From the NCBI GenBank assembly GCA_030141605.1, contig JAQGDQ010000960.1, forward strand, positions 1 through 64,000: 64,000 bases of DNA. The letters are read 5' to 3'. The notes under the pieces are model-generated. The model was not told the origin of the DNA and did not search any database. It saw only the letters and a list, made by a program, of their open reading frames with translations. Position 1 is the stretch's first letter. Each line of letters begins with the position of its first letter. A program made the position numbers and the translations under genes. Shown piece after piece: positions 39,768-53,941 of this stretch. This DNA is from Tubiluchus corallicola. Its lineage: Eukaryota; Animalia; Priapulida.

Positions 39768-41034
39768 GGAGCGTATCAAGAGTTTACAACGCCCTAGGCT
39801 GATAGTTCTGTCCCGACCATTTCTATTGTGAATTTATGGTTGTTTATGTAATAATTAGGTTAAACAATTACTTGTGGTGTGTTGGAAACACTATTAATCT
39901 AGTTTCTACGCAATCATTATTAGTTACATGTATTTGCTTAATGCTTATATTCAAGCAGGCTACACAACTGCTTGTTGCCTAACACCTTGCACCTGTTCGT
40001 TATGTGAGTGACACTTATATAAAACCTGCGCTCAATAACAGCCTGTGGTGTGTTATAAAACGTGCCCTTTACATGAATGTGAAAGTATACGCATTTTCAG
40101 AGAAGAATAAGATTTTTTTCTAAAATGTGACGCCGCTCAAACTTTTGGCACCCTATGCTATAGCCCTGTTAGCCTATTGATTAATACTCTCTGCTTTTCT
40201 ATACTTATTTAGCTGTTTATATCTACTGTAAAAGTGTAACTATATAACTAAATTCTACTTCTTTGGAAAATTGACAGCCGTACTCGTATTATAAGTTGAA
40301 TCAGATATTTTAGTGAGAGTTTCTTACACTAATTATAATCGAATCAAGTGTCGAACAGTCAACTGAACAAACTTATTTTGATTCCGAATCGAAACACCTA
40401 AAATCGAATTTACCCGAGTAGTAATAAACTTAAAAAGTGAAATCAAAACCAAATACGTGGAACAGGTGTATTAAATAATAATGACAGACTTTGCAACTGA
40501 CTAGTGATTTACAACTGACATCCTGTTGCCACATGTACATGCATTTTTAATTTAATTACTTAATTAATGTGAAAAAACCATTATTGTGAAGTCTACAAAC
40601 TGGCGTTACTGATGTGCAGATGGCTAATTTTACAGAATGAATCCAAAGCCGATTTTACTTCATGTCACTGAACCGGTAAAACCGATTACGCATATACCGA
40701 TTTCTTATAATTAAACCTGATGTCTGAGTGAAACGTAAACGTGAAGCGATATTTTCCATACGTCGACTTTGAAATCAGCAGATGCTACTGCAGCTACATC
40801 ATGTGTTTATTGGCACACCGTCCAAAATCAGCTTTAAAGGACAAGAAGGGGAACCAGAAGTAAATTTTACAAATATCGTCTTAAATGGTGCTTGCGTTAA
40901 AAGGATTTTTTGTTTGTTTTCATTTTAAATCTCCCGCAATACTGTTTCGACCGTGCCATTACATGACGTCACCTACACAAACGTAAATTAGGGGAAGAAA
41001 AGGCAATGTAAAATTATGTCCCAAAAAATTTTCT
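39768..41034. repeat. Inverted duplication 2, left arm (partner 51278-52937)
   Basis: Colinear reverse-complement match across a hAT-MITE, about 650 bp of otherwise unique DNA and a MITE-B end. Confidence 0.95.
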
Positions 41035-42045
41035 AGTTAGCCTAGTGGTTAATACAGCAATGTAAATGAATGGCGGGTTTTGCCAACTATATAACCTCCA
41101 AGCTGTTTATCTTGTCCGGGATGGATGTACATACACCGGCTTGCATTGTAGTCACCTTTTATGAAATAGTCATACAGGTGGGAATTAAAATTCTCATTCA
41201 AACAAATAGTTAAACTGCAGTCAGCGACATTCGTTTGGAAATATCAAGAGCTTATGAGTTCTAATTAGGATCATGACAATAATCCCTTTGAAAAAGCATT
41301 AACGAAAAATTATTTTTATTAAGTTGGCTTGAGGATAACATTTTTGGAAGAGCTTTCAACATAAAAACACCGCATTGTGTAACTTATGCGGTATTATGTG
41401 AACGTAAATAAATTTTGTTTTTACTGGTGAAACAAAGCTGTCTGCCGCGTCAGTTCAGACACATCTGAATTGAGAGGTAGCATCCTGTTTTTTGTGCAGC
41501 GAATTGCAGGCGCTTGTGTTCGTCTAATTACCGAATGGCGAAATGTATGTAACAGCGAAGAACTTGTGGCGCGAACGTGAAATTGTGTTTCCGTGGCAAT
41601 AATTCTTTCACGTAAGTCATTTTTGAAAAAAGTATATTTCCTTTAAATGTTTTAAAGAATGGGATGTTTTGAGTTTTAGTTTAAAGTTGGGTCCGGTTTT
41701 GCTTTAATGTTTATTAGTTCGATACGTGAAAATTGTAGAAGTCGCTATACGTATTCTACCAGGACACAATTAGGTTTTGTTTTAAACAGAAAGACCCAAC
41801 GACGTAGTATATTTTAGTGAAACTCTGACATAAGCCTTGTGTTCAGTTGTTCATTTCTATCATTTGTTTCTTGTGTGGAAACAGCGAAAAAGCATCTTTT
41901 GCATATTGTAGTATTTCGTTCCTGTTTTCTTGTGCTATGTTTTGCAAATTTTAGGTCAGAGGAAACCTAAATTTTGTGATCGTTCACGTCTCGTTTAAGT
42001 GTGAATTCATTTCAACTTTTTGCGACTTGTTAGATGCAACGAGTG

Positions 42046-42427
42046 AGCCTTTTCACAGTTCTGACGATTGATGATGATCGTGAAAAGGTCAAAGGTTAGG
42101 TATGTCAGACAACGCATTCGTGTACACTTGGCAACGTCTCGCAGCCCATGCTGTTGTAACAGTAACAGTTTTAACAGCTATCTAGAATCTTGCCTAGTTC
42201 ATTTTTTCTTGTTCCCAAGCAAGATCCTGCTAGTAAATCACCCTATGCACAGATTAATGCATAATTAAGTAGGGTCCACGTAAAACAACGGAAGTTACTG
42301 TACTGATGCGGCATCTGGCTTTGCTTTGCCCACATGTAGCAGTTGTAATTAAGACCCGTTACTGTGGCACACTTAATCTTTGACCTACAGCAACTGCGCG
42401 TCCGCGCAACGAAACTGTGAAAAGGCT
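42046..42427. mobile_element. MITE family C
   Basis: AGCCTTTTCACAGTT ... AACTGTGAAAAGGCT. Confidence 0.88.
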
Positions 42428-42872
42428 TATCCTTTGTAACTTTTTGCGATTAACTGTGACTGGCAGTGGTTGTTTAGAAGATGCAACAAAATACATTATC
42501 ATATTAAGTCAAAAACGTGAACAATTAAATGAATGAATTATAAAACTACATTCAGTAGCAAAACACAAGTACAATGTAAACGATATATTAATATAGTAGT
42601 CGCCGCTTAATAGACTCACGGTTAATACACTCAATCACTTAATTGACTCAAAAACGCCACGAACGCTTCTATTCAAATGTACATACAAACTATCGATAAT
42701 TGACTCAAATAACTCCGCATAATTGATTGATTCAAAATTTTTCCTTCACATACTTAAAATAAGATATTTGTATGTGCCCAAAGAGCCTTTCCTACTTTTA
42801 TGTCATCTTCACTTCCCTTTTGTGCACTATGTATGCAGAAACAATCATGTTAAGTACCGTTCGGTTTTGCTT

Positions 42873-44225
42873 GTAAACAGGTAAAGTTTCTCCCTAAAAG
42901 AGCATGACTGCTATGACATGACAACCGTAAACAGGTAAAGTTTCTGGCTAAAAGAACGTGACTGCTATGAACCGACAACCGCAAACAGGTAAAGTTTCTG
43001 GCTAAAAGAACGTGACTGCTATGACATGACAACCGTAAACAGGTAAAGTGTCTGGCATAAAGAAGGTGACTGCTATGACACGACAACCGTAAACAGGTAA
43101 AGTTTCTGGCTAAAAGAACATGACTGCTATGACACGACAACCGTAAACAGGTAAAGTTTCTGGCATAAAGAACGTGACTGCTATGACATGACAACCGTAA
43201 ACAGGTAAAGTTTCTAGCATAAAGAATATGACTGCTGTGACACAACAACCGTAAACAGGTAAAGTTTCTGGCTAAAAGAACATGACTGCTATGACACGAC
43301 AACCGTAAACAGGTAAAGTTTCTGGCATAAAGAACGTGACTGCTATGACATGACAACCGTAAACAGGTAAAGTTTCTAACATAAAGAATATGACTGCTGT
43401 GACACAACAACCGTAAACAGGTAAAGTTTCTAGCTAAAAGAACATGACTGCTATGACACGACAACTGTAAGCAGGTAAGGTTTCTGGCTAAAAGAACGTG
43501 ACTGCTACGACACGACGACCATAAACAGGTAAAGTTTCTGGCTAAAAGAACGTGACTGCTATGACACGACAACCATAAACAGGTAAAGTTTCTGGCTAAA
43601 AGAACGTGACTGCTATGACACGACAACCGTAAACAGGTAAAGTTTCTGGCTAAAGGAACGTGATTGCTATGACACGACAACCATAAACAGGTACAGTTTC
43701 GGGCTAAAAGAACGTGACTGCTATGACACGACAACCGTAAACAGTTAAAGTTTCCGGCTAAGAGAACGTGACTGCTATGACACGACAACCGTAAACAGTT
43801 AAAGTTTCCAGCTAAAAGAACGTGACTGCTATGACACGACAACCGTAAACAGGTAAAGTTTCTCGCTAAAAGAGCATGACTGCTATGACACGACAACTGT
43901 AAACAGGTAAAGTTTCTAGCTAAAAGAGCATGACTGCTATGACATGACAACTGTAAATAGGCAAAGTTTCGGGCTAAAAGAACGTGATTGCTATGACACG
44001 ACAGCCATAAACAGGTAAAGTTTCGGGCTAAAAGAACGTGACTGTTATGACACGACAACCATAAACAGGTAAAGTTTCTGGCTAAAGGAACGTGATTGCT
44101 ATGACACGACAACCATAAACAGGTACAGTTTCGGGCTAAAAGAACGTGACTGCTGTGACACGACAACCATAAACAGGTAAAGTTTCTGGCTAAAGGAACG
44201 TGACTGCTATGACACGACAGCCATT
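42873..44225. repeat. 54-bp minisatellite, about 25 copies
   Basis: Unit aaacaggtaaagtttctggctaaaagaacgtgactgctatgacacgacaaccgt. Confidence 0.98.
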
Positions 44226-44643
44226 CACATTAAGTTCTGTCGATGACATTATCTATCACACCCAAGTCAAGTATCATCTAATTAGTTATTCTCGAACACC
44301 TGCTTCAAGGTAGATGATTACCTGTCTACCTGGCAGACATTTATTAGAGAAATGATTGATGAACGAATCAGGAAATTGTAATTGTTTCTCTCATGTTCCT
44401 TCCTCATTCTAACGTTTTTGAGAACTTTGGTTTTCTTTTTTACATTTTTCTTTTAAATCTCTAAGGTCTCTTTTAATCATCGTTACATCAAACGCTAATC
44501 TTTTTGTACGATTTTTTCATCTTAGTTTTGTTGGCAAAGTTCCCAGGGAATAAAATCTCTTGCAAATCCATTAAATGCTTTTACTGTAATTGTTTGCATT
44601 TACATCTATCGTAAATAAACTGTGATCATTTATAGATATATTA

Positions 44644-44999
44644 AGCCTTTTCACAGTTTTGTTGTGCGCAGGTGCTGTAGGTCAAAGGTTAAGTGTACCG
44701 GACAAGGCAAGCCCATGCTGTTGTAATAGTAACAGTTTTAACAGCTAGCTAGAATATTACCTAGTTCATTTTTTCTTGTTCACAAGCAAGATCTTGCTAG
44801 TAAATCACTCTACGCACGGACTTAATTAGTTACATAACTAAGTAAAGTCCACGTAAAACAATTGAAGTTACTGAACTGATGCGATTGACGGCTTTGCTTT
44901 ATATACATGTCACGTGGCTGTTGTAGTTAAGACGCGTTACTGTGGTACACTTTGACATGCAGCAACTGCGCGTGCGCACAGCGAGACTGTGAAAAGGCT
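44644..44999. mobile_element. MITE family C
   Basis: TA|AGCCTTTTCACAGT ... ACTGTGAAAAGGCT|TA. Confidence 0.88.
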
Positions 45000-45852
45000 T
45001 ATTCAATGAAACATATCCTGTTATAGTGAATCAGAGAGTGCCAGAACTTCGTATGTTCCTATTTCGCTTGATTCTGATGACGGACACGCTCACGAACACA
45101 ATGAATATGACGAACTGTCCTCCTCTAGGCTCTTGCCATTCAGTCTAATCTAGGCTGCTTTCATAATATTATATTTGTTTTTTTCTGTTATTGGCGTTGG
45201 CAAGTGAATATTTAATTTTCTCGGAAAATTCCATCTTTCATTCACGCAAAACACTGTATGTAGATGCGCAACCATCAACAACAAACCTCTCAACAATAAT
45301 TCAGCGAAATGGCTCTGATATACATAATGAAATTTCAAGTGAAATTCGTTCGTGTCCACAAGGGTTTGGCCAACAAACTCGTGGTGTAATTAAATGTTTT
45401 CTTATGCAGGGTTGAGTTTTAGATTTAGCGTCTCAAGCTGTTTTCATTTTTTTCTTTTCTGTTGTTATCGATTTCTTTTATCAGGTCTTGTGAAAACGAG
45501 AGACAAAGTAAAATGAATAAACATCGGAGAAGTAGAACAGAGTGAACCCTCGTTTATATTGTTTGGTAAATAAGTTCCTTTGTGTTAATTTTCAGTGTTT
45601 TCAAAAGTTGTGCAGTTGTAAAATTTCCACGTTGTTTTTTGTTTGTATGTATAAATGTGATTTTTTGTTTTGCAATGTTAGAATTCTGTGAGTGTTAAAA
45701 TTAAGTAGAAATTAATTAATTATTTTAGATTTTAAAGTAGACTTAGTAAACGCTCTTGCTTTCATCAGCTTCCCGACTAATTGTAAACAAAAGTTTTATG
45801 TATATGTATTTTGTGTAGTACAGTTTGTGTTCATTAATTGAAAGAAAAACTA

Positions 45853-45884
<32 letters not shown>

Positions 45885-45888
45885 TTTT

Positions 45889-45932
<44 letters not shown>

Positions 45933-46447
45933 CTTACAATCGATATCAATGCAAGAGATTATTTGAAGTTTAAGAACCGACACGTCTTACGGACTAGAAG
46001 AAGTTTAAGAAGAATTCAGGAATTCACAGTCAGCCGAAATCAAGGTTATTAAATCGTTAACAGCATTGAAAACCAGAACCAAAACATTAATGATGTCAAG
46101 ATTTGAATATCCAACGTACCAACATGACAGCTTTACGCACTAATGCAGAATTGATTTACCCCAGGCCTTATTAAACGATTTAATTATTGTTGATAGTCAG
46201 TTTGTAAATTTTCAGAATATCCACATAAATTTGTAAGCGCATAAAACATAACTTACTTCGCACATTCTCCGGAACATATACCCTGCCTAGAAAAATTTCA
46301 TCAAAATTCATTGACCGATTGTTCTACTTTCACATTATGTTCCATAAATGCCTAGGAAAAGTGCATAAGAAATTATTTTATGCACATTACCTGGACTCAG
46401 TTTCAACAGGTCATAGCAAACTTACCGACGTCATTATTAATAGTTAA

Positions 46448-47035
46448 AGCAAAACCGAACCCAAATCTTAAACTGTAGGTCAAAACAATCCACTCTTTAA
46501 AATATTGAAAATTGATACTATTTTTTCATATATGCCGTTGGCGTCTCTAGTTCTTCGCTGTTACCTGCATTTCACCATTCGTTAGTTAGACGGGCACTAG
46601 CTGTCTGTATTTCGGAAACGCATTGCATAAAAATAGGTGTAGTACCTCTCAGTTCATATGTGTTAATTTGTGACGTCCTGCATACGTTCGAAATCTCCCG
46701 CTTGAGCAAAGAGGTAAATTTGAAATTTGAATTTTCATCTTAAAACTCGCCTAGTTTTAGTACAACACACTGAATATCTTACAGTAGCACTGTACTTCAA
46801 TTTTCGCTTTCACAAACACATGAGACACGCTTATGAAATATTTTTGCTGTTGAGAATTATGTTAGTGTGTGATGCTGTCACAAATAGTGATCAATAGTTG
46901 GGCTCGTCCACCGTTAATTAAGACTTTAATCTGTCATTTAATTATCAGAAATGCTTTTGCAGTATTAACTGTATTAAAATGTGTACTTTTTATTGGACTT
47001 GAAAGTTGGGTAGTATATGAAAAATCATCCTGTCT
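46448..47035 (+). mobile_element. MITE family A, full copy
   Basis: TTAA|AGCAAAACCG ... TCCTGTCT|TTAA. Confidence 0.88.
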
Positions 47036-47635
47036 TTAAGTGACTGTAATAGCGACGTCGTTAACTCAGTGATGCCTTTGTGAAACCGGCCCCTGGTTTG
47101 CTTTGACAGTCCACAAAATACCCACGCATTCTATCGAATCCTTTGTCATAACAAATAAATATCACTGTTATTTTCCAAGACACATCATCAGCGACAGCGA
47201 CATCCAGTATGACAACCCCGAGTAGGCGTGTTGATGATATTCGTACCACCATACTTAAAGTGATTGCAATCATGTTTAACCCCCTCCCTTCCCTTCCCAA
47301 GTGTAGCAGACATTTGTCCACGCAAAGGGTCTATCTACTCTGAGGAAGACAGTCATATCTATTTCAATGGCTGCACAAATTTTCAGATTTTGCAATCATT
47401 TGTCAAAATGTGTTTATTTGGAAGACCAGCGCATAAATAAATTTCGCTAAAACCTTCTCTATATTTGAGAATTCATACGTAAAAAAATCGTGGCACTAAT
47501 CAGCTTTACCTGATTACGCTCGCTAGGCAACTGACATGCATGGGCGTTGCTTAATTAAGGATTACATTTGTAATTAGTTTTCCTTTGAGAATTTTGTTTA
47601 ATGAAAACCCATCGCTGCGTCATTCAAAGTGTCAA

Positions 47636-47754
<119 letters not shown>

Positions 47755-48365
47755 CAACAACAACAGTAACAACAACAGTAGCAATAACAGAAATAATTTA
47801 CTGACTAATTTTTAAAACCACAAATCAGTGCTCAGTAATTTACAATGTGATTCTAAACCCATGTAAATAAACACTTATTACATACACACAGTGTATTAAT
47901 ATCTCGAGTTAAGATGTTCATCGTTATAAGCTAAAAAAGCAAAATCTGTCTTCACAAACGACATAAAAAAGTCAGATTAAAGCTTTGTTGTGCACGCCTA
48001 GGGACCACGACTCGTTCCATTTCTAAATGGTATACGCTGGTAGCGTAATTTCCTGCGTTGTGCCACACCATTTCCGTCTTCATCCATCAATTGAGAGTGA
48101 ACAAAGTCGTTTGGCAGCTATTAAATGCTGATCAAGTTACGGATTGATGATCATCGTATTGGTAAATTGATGCTGAGCTGTCCTCGAATCGTTATTTTAT
48201 TATCAACTCATGTGAATGACAATTAATGACGCGAGATTATGGGAGGGGGGATGTATTATTAAGTGCAGAGACAAAATAGAGAAATCTAGAAGCTTTTGAA
48301 ATAAAGGCATTAGCAGTAATACTTCAAGCCTAATTAAGAGCTTTAGGCATTAGATAGTTGTTTTT

Positions 48366-48443
48366 GTAGTAGTAGTAGTGGTGGTGGTGGTGGTGGTGGT
48401 GATGGTGGTAGCAGTAGTAGTAGTACTAGTAGTAGAGGTGGTG

Positions 48444-48540
<97 letters not shown>

Positions 48541-48575
48541 GAGTAGTAGTAATAGTGGTGGTGGTGGTTTTGGTG

Positions 48576-48645
<70 letters not shown>

Positions 48646-48693
48646 CAGTAGCAGTAGCAGTAGCAGTAGCAGTAGCAGTAGCAGTAGCAGTAG
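48366..48693. repeat. (TAG)/(TGG)/(TAGCAG) compound microsatellite
   Basis: Direct reading. Confidence 0.98.
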
Positions 48694-49109
48694 CTTTCGA
48701 AATAAAGACATCACATGTAACAGTAATACATGTACTTCAAGCCTAATTAAACATTTTGGGCAACAGACAAATCTTTCGTTTAGTTTTATTTTCAGCAATA
48801 CATGATTTTCAGAGAACTTGTTGAACTTAGTCCTTTGTGTTGTATAGTTTTAAGCGGTGTGTTGTATTACTGATGCATTTTAGTAAAAATTATGCAAGAA
48901 AGTTGAGATTTTGCATGTCTGGTAATTAGTTGTCCAATAATATTGAGCAAAATGAAGTAACTATGATATGCTGACAATACTAATAACAGTTCCCTAGTTT
49001 TACCAAATAACGTGGTAGCGTAAAAAGTCAATGGCTTTGCTGTGACAAGATGATGTTAAGATTAATAATTACGCTTTAGAGGTACATTTGTAAGCTTTGA
49101 CAAAAGCTC

Positions 49110-49205
49110 ATTTTCACGCACGAAAGCAGTGCTAAATGAGAGTCTGAAAATTTTTCGACTGGGACTCGAGCGCAAGATCTTCTGCTTTTCGCGCAACTAC
49201 TCTAA
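49110..49205 (-). mobile_element. Possible tRNA-derived SINE head fragment
   Basis: Minus strand TAGAG...GCTCGAGTCC resembles the end of an A box and a B box at tRNA spacing; no intact cloverleaf. Confidence 0.3.
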
Positions 49206-49942
49206 AACTAACAAACATATCAAATCGCCTGTCCCACCATTATTATAAAATGTAATATATGTAAATGTATTATAAATATCATAGAATTGTAATATAAATA
49301 TTGTACTTAACACCTCTTTCACGCAAAATGTAAGTTTCTGTTGAAGCGAAGTTATGCATCTGGTCTGTATAAAAACGGTCGTTTCTACTCTTTTAGTGGT
49401 CCAGTTAGATTAATCCTTACAGTGTAAACAGTATTTCATCATTATTATTTTGGAATTGTACTGAACACCCTTTTTATGTAAAATGTAAGTTTCTGTTGAG
49501 GCCAAGTTATGCATCTGATCTGTATAAAAACGCTCGTTTCTGCTCTTTTACTGTTAGATTAATCCACGATGGTGCAGACTCTATTTCATCATTATTTTGA
49601 ATTTACTGCATGTAATTTCGCAATAAAGGTATCGTTTTTCTTACACATTATTCTGTTGTTTCGTGGATGGATGTCAGAAGAGTTATAGACTGCTTGGCCT
49701 CCGCATCTGCTGGTACCAAACCAACCTGGGTAGTTTTACCACTTGTCGGCGAGGTACCGCCGGCAGCTCAATATATTGTAGATAATATTATAAAATGCAC
49801 AACTCTTATCTTTACAAGCTACAGTATTTGAAAAACAGTTGTAACATACCAGTATATCAGTTTTTTTTTATAATTATCCTGCAATAAAGAGGTATGGCAA
49901 AAGTAACAAGGTATACATAGGTGATTTTTTTACTTCGTTTAG

Positions 49943-50266
49943 ATATTTCCTCATCCAACAATGATCGGCGAGGACCGACATTTATCAACGAACCTCCGAC
50001 TTCTGTGCTATTCACCAACGATACTGGGACCTCTGTACATTGTGCTGCATCAGGTAACCCCCCACCTGCAGTAGAGTGGAGAAGTGTTGATGGAAGCATC
50101 GTTGAAGACATTGAGAACATTCGTCATGTGTCAAAGAACGGCACTCTTAGTTTGGCAAAGTTCAATCCTCGTCTTTACGTGCCGAATGTTCATTCAACAA
50201 CGTACGTATGCTTTGCGCGGAACGCCATGGGTACCATAAGAAGCAAGAATGTAACCGTTCATGCTG
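49943..50266 (+). CDS. DSCAM: Dscam exon 2, Ig1
   Basis: Acceptor ttcgtttag| and donor CTG|GTAAGT. 324 nt with Ig Cys-Trp-Tyr-Cys pattern (VHCAASGNPPPAVEW...TYVCFARN). Confidence 0.95.
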
Positions 50267-50589
50267 GTAAGTTGACAAATTCGTAATGTGCCGATATTTG
50301 ATGGAATTGGCTCCGTAACCGAATCAATATATCAATCGCTAGGCAATGTAGCTAATCGATTTGTTATATGATTCGGTTGTATGTTAAGACTGCCGTTTTT
50401 TGCCTTCGTTTAGTTTGTTACGCTAAAAATGACGTACATTATATAGTTATTTTTCCATATGTTAAAGCTATTATAGATGTAGGAAAGATATTGCAGGTGC
50501 TTTGCTGACTGCCCTGCAGTAAGGCAGTTGATTGTCTGCCTTATGGCCTTTTAACTGGCATAGAAGATGCAAGTGCCCAAATACTCGTC

Positions 50590-50780
50590 AGTTACCCCCG
50601 AGGATGGCAGAAAGTGTTAAAATCGGTGACATTACTAGCGATTGGTGTAATCTTAGTTTTGGCATCCCACAAGATTTCATTTTAGGTCCCTCCCTGTCTA
50701 ACATTTTTACTAATGTTATTTTCATTTTTATAGAAAAAGTCTTACTACCAAATTTTGCTAATGATAACGCTCTCTGATGC
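50590..50780 (+). mobile_element. Decayed CR1/L2 RT fragment
   Basis: FGIPQDFILGPSLSNIFTN...FANDNAL resembles GVPQGSILGPLLFNIFIND...YADD. Confidence 0.6.
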
Positions 50781-50854
50781 CACATACATGAGTTTTAATA
50801 GTTGAACTCCCACTGTGAAATTATTTAATTTAATGCGCAATGAAACCATACACA

Positions 50855-51476
50855 TACATAAGGCTTTAAAAATTCGTCTTGAAATTTTATACCACTTACA
50901 TACTGCTTTCTTTCATGCAGGGCTTGTGTCGGTAGTAACGCTGTATAAAATGTGTAAATTTAAACTTCCGCGATGACCGTTAGGCGCAGCCACTTTGATG
51001 GTAGGTCGTTGAAACGAGTTTAGATAACATTGAGTAAAGTTTGAAAAAATAGTCAGAGCATTCGTAGCATACATGTTGCTAACTGAGAAAATTTTTAAAT
51101 TGCTGCATCTTGTCAATAAGATTAAAAATACGTTTTTGGTTAGTGAGCGGCGCACCCTGGACGATGAGTCAGCGACATTTTACCAATTGGTGAAACCAAA
51201 TAATTAATAATATTCTTTTCTAGTTACATAAGTCTTTGCAGCAGGTAAGCGACATGCTAAGTAATATAACTTTGCACAGAAATTTTTTTGGGACATAATC
51301 TAACGTTGTCTTTTCTTCCCCTAATTTACGTTTGTGTAGGTGACGTCATATAATGGCGCGGTCGAAACAGTATTGCGGGAGATTTAAAATGAAAACAAAC
51401 AAAAAATCCTTTTGACGCAAGCACCATTTAGGGCGATATTTGTGAAATTTACTTCTGGTTCCCCTTTTCTTGTCCT
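50855..51476 (-). mobile_element. MITE family B
   Basis: Colinear with 24187-24862. Its end forms part of inverted duplication 2. Confidence 0.85.
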
Positions 51477-52937
51477 TTGAAGCTGATTTTGGACGGAGTG
51501 CCAATAAACACATGATGTAGCTGCAGTAGCATCTGCTGATTTCAAAGTCGACGTATGGAAGCTTCACGTTTACGTTTCACTCAGACATCAAGTTTAATTA
51601 TAAGAAATCGGTATATACGTAATCGGTTTTACCGGTTCAGTGACATGAAGTAAAATCGGCTTTGGATTCATTCTGTAAAATTAGCCATCTGCACATCAGT
51701 AACGCCAGTTTGTAGACTTCACAATAATGGTTTTTTCACATTAATTAAGTAATTAAATTAAAAATGCATGTACATGTGGCAACAGGATGTCAGTTGTAAA
51801 TCACTAGTCAGTTGCAGAGTCTCATTATTATTTAATACACCTGTTCCACGTGTTTGGTTTTGATTTCACTTTTTAAGTTTATTACTACTCGGGTAAATTC
51901 GGTTTTTTAGGTGTTTTGATTCGGAATCAAAATAAGTTTTCAGTTGTTCAGTTGACTGTTCGACACTTGATTCGATTATAATTAGAGTAAGAAACTCTCA
52001 CTAAAAAATCTGATTCAACTTATAATACGAGTACGGCTGTCAATTTTCCAAAGAAGTCTGTAAATTCAGTAGAATATAGTTATATAGTTACACTTTATAC
52101 AGTATATATTGTAGCGGGTCGCAGAATTAAACCGTCACGGGCTTCGTGAAAATGCAGTGTATTGAATGTAAAATTGCCTGGGCCAATTAGAGCTCAGTTT
52201 TCTAGGCCAATTTTCTCGAGCGTGCAACCTGTTCTCGTAGATTCGAGGGCAGTGCGTTCTCGGCCATATTCGGCTTCGGTTTCATTTTGTTTTTCTCTTC
52301 TTGTTTGCTGTTGTTAAGTCAGTCGTGATTCAGTAATTTTTGGTTTAACCCATTGGTTTGCATTTCGACTCAACGCGTAAGTGTCAGCTATAAACTGTTG
52401 TTAAGTGTTTCGTTTTACTGTTTTTCTTTCTTTTCTTTTTTTTATAATTTTCCTTAGTTAATTATGTATCCTCGCTATCATAGACGGCATCACAATATAA
52501 ACAATCAAATAAGTATAGAAAAGCAGAGTGTATTAATCAATAGGCTAACAGGGCTATAGCATAGGGTGCCAAAAGTTTGAGCGGCGTCACATTTTGGAAA
52601 AAAATCTTATTCTTCTCTGAAAATGCGTATACTTTCGTATTCACGTAAATGGCGCGTTTTATAACACACCACAGGCTGTTACTGAGCGCAGGTTTTATAT
52701 AAGTGTCACATAACGAACAGGTGCAAGGTGTTACCCAACAAGCAGTTGCGCAGCTTGCCTGTTGCCAATATAAGCCCCATGCAAATATATGACCGTGTAG
52801 TAACTAGGCTAATAGTTAGTCTAATACACCACAGGTAATCGTTTAATCAGCTCATTACATAAGCAGTCAAAAATTCACAATAAAGATGGGCGGGGCAGTA
52901 CTATCAGCCTAGGGCATCGTAAAGTGTTGATACGCCC
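51278..52937. repeat. Inverted duplication 2, right arm (with solo-LTR insertion)
   Basis: Matches 39768-41034 inverted, apart from a 385-bp insert at 52110-52494. Confidence 0.95.
52110..52494. mobile_element. Solo LTR, probably Gypsy-type
   Basis: TGT...ACA termini and 4-bp TSD ATAT on both sides. The empty site is visible in the paralogous arm near 40219. Confidence 0.85.
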
Positions 52938-53941
52938 TTCTTACAAAGACAAGTCGTTGCTACAACTGCTAAACTTTCTTCCAGTAAATTGTTTTCATCG
53001 CTTCTCATTTTGTACGGTTTCACATTTATCTCTAAACCTTTAGATTGTTTTTGCTGAGTTTATAGGTGACATCGCATTGTTCAGTACATTGGTTTTGCTG
53101 AGTTTATAGGTGACATCGCATTGTACAGTACACATGCAGTACAAAACATTTGGTACGTAGGAAACTAATGATTTCACTCAGACGTATGGTTAGTGTTTTT
53201 TCTAAGTGCTGAATGCCTGGAACCACAAAACTATGCATTGAGATTAATATAAGGCTTGTCAGACAAAAAAGCAATACAAGTCAATCATAAGAAAGCATAT
53301 TCTGTAGCTAACTTAGGAAACGAACTAAGAATCCCAATTATAGAAGCCCCTAAAGACTATTATACATTATTATTCATTTTCAAATATATAAATAATTTAA
53401 GTCTATCTTTACCATCTTTATTATTTTGATATATCAGTTGTAAAACTGTCAGTTTAAAAGCTAGTCATTTGTAACATCTTCAGTAAATTATGTTTAAAAC
53501 AAATAATCTAAGTAATTCTTTCAAATTACGACTAGTCTAAAATCCTGAACATTTAATTTGAAACAAACCAGAACAGATCATCACTTTGGAAACAATTCAA
53601 CAACAAAAAAACCGTTCGGCACTGAAATTCACTGACAATCGAAATCAAACGTATTAAATCATTAATCGCATTCAACACCAGATTAAAAGCATTGATGATG
53701 TCAAGATTTATGACAACGTACACACTAATGCAGAATTCATTTACTCCAGACCACATTAAACGACTTAATTTTGCTGATGGTCAGTTTGTAGATATGTGAA
53801 ATATGCAAAGTTTAAGTTTAAAGTTGTTATTTTATTTTTGCACCTCTAGATTAGATTTTGCACCTGTACATTGGATTTTGCAGTGGACATATTTGCCTCC
53901 AAGAGTGTATATTTTTAACTATCATTCATTGAGCAATTTAA

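Noticed and set aside
20520-44225. CRISPR-like appearance of the 20-, 24- and 54-bp arrays
   Set aside because: Units are head-to-tail with no unique spacers, there are no cas genes, and the context is eukaryotic.
45050-45205. Possible alternative Dscam signal-peptide exon (AAFIILYLFFSVIGV, G|GCAAGT)
   Set aside because: An in-frame TAG immediately precedes the hydrophobic stretch, there is no in-frame ATG, and the donor would be GC.
49110-49205. tRNA gene
   Set aside because: Only a degenerate B-box-like motif and no cloverleaf; at best a SINE relic.
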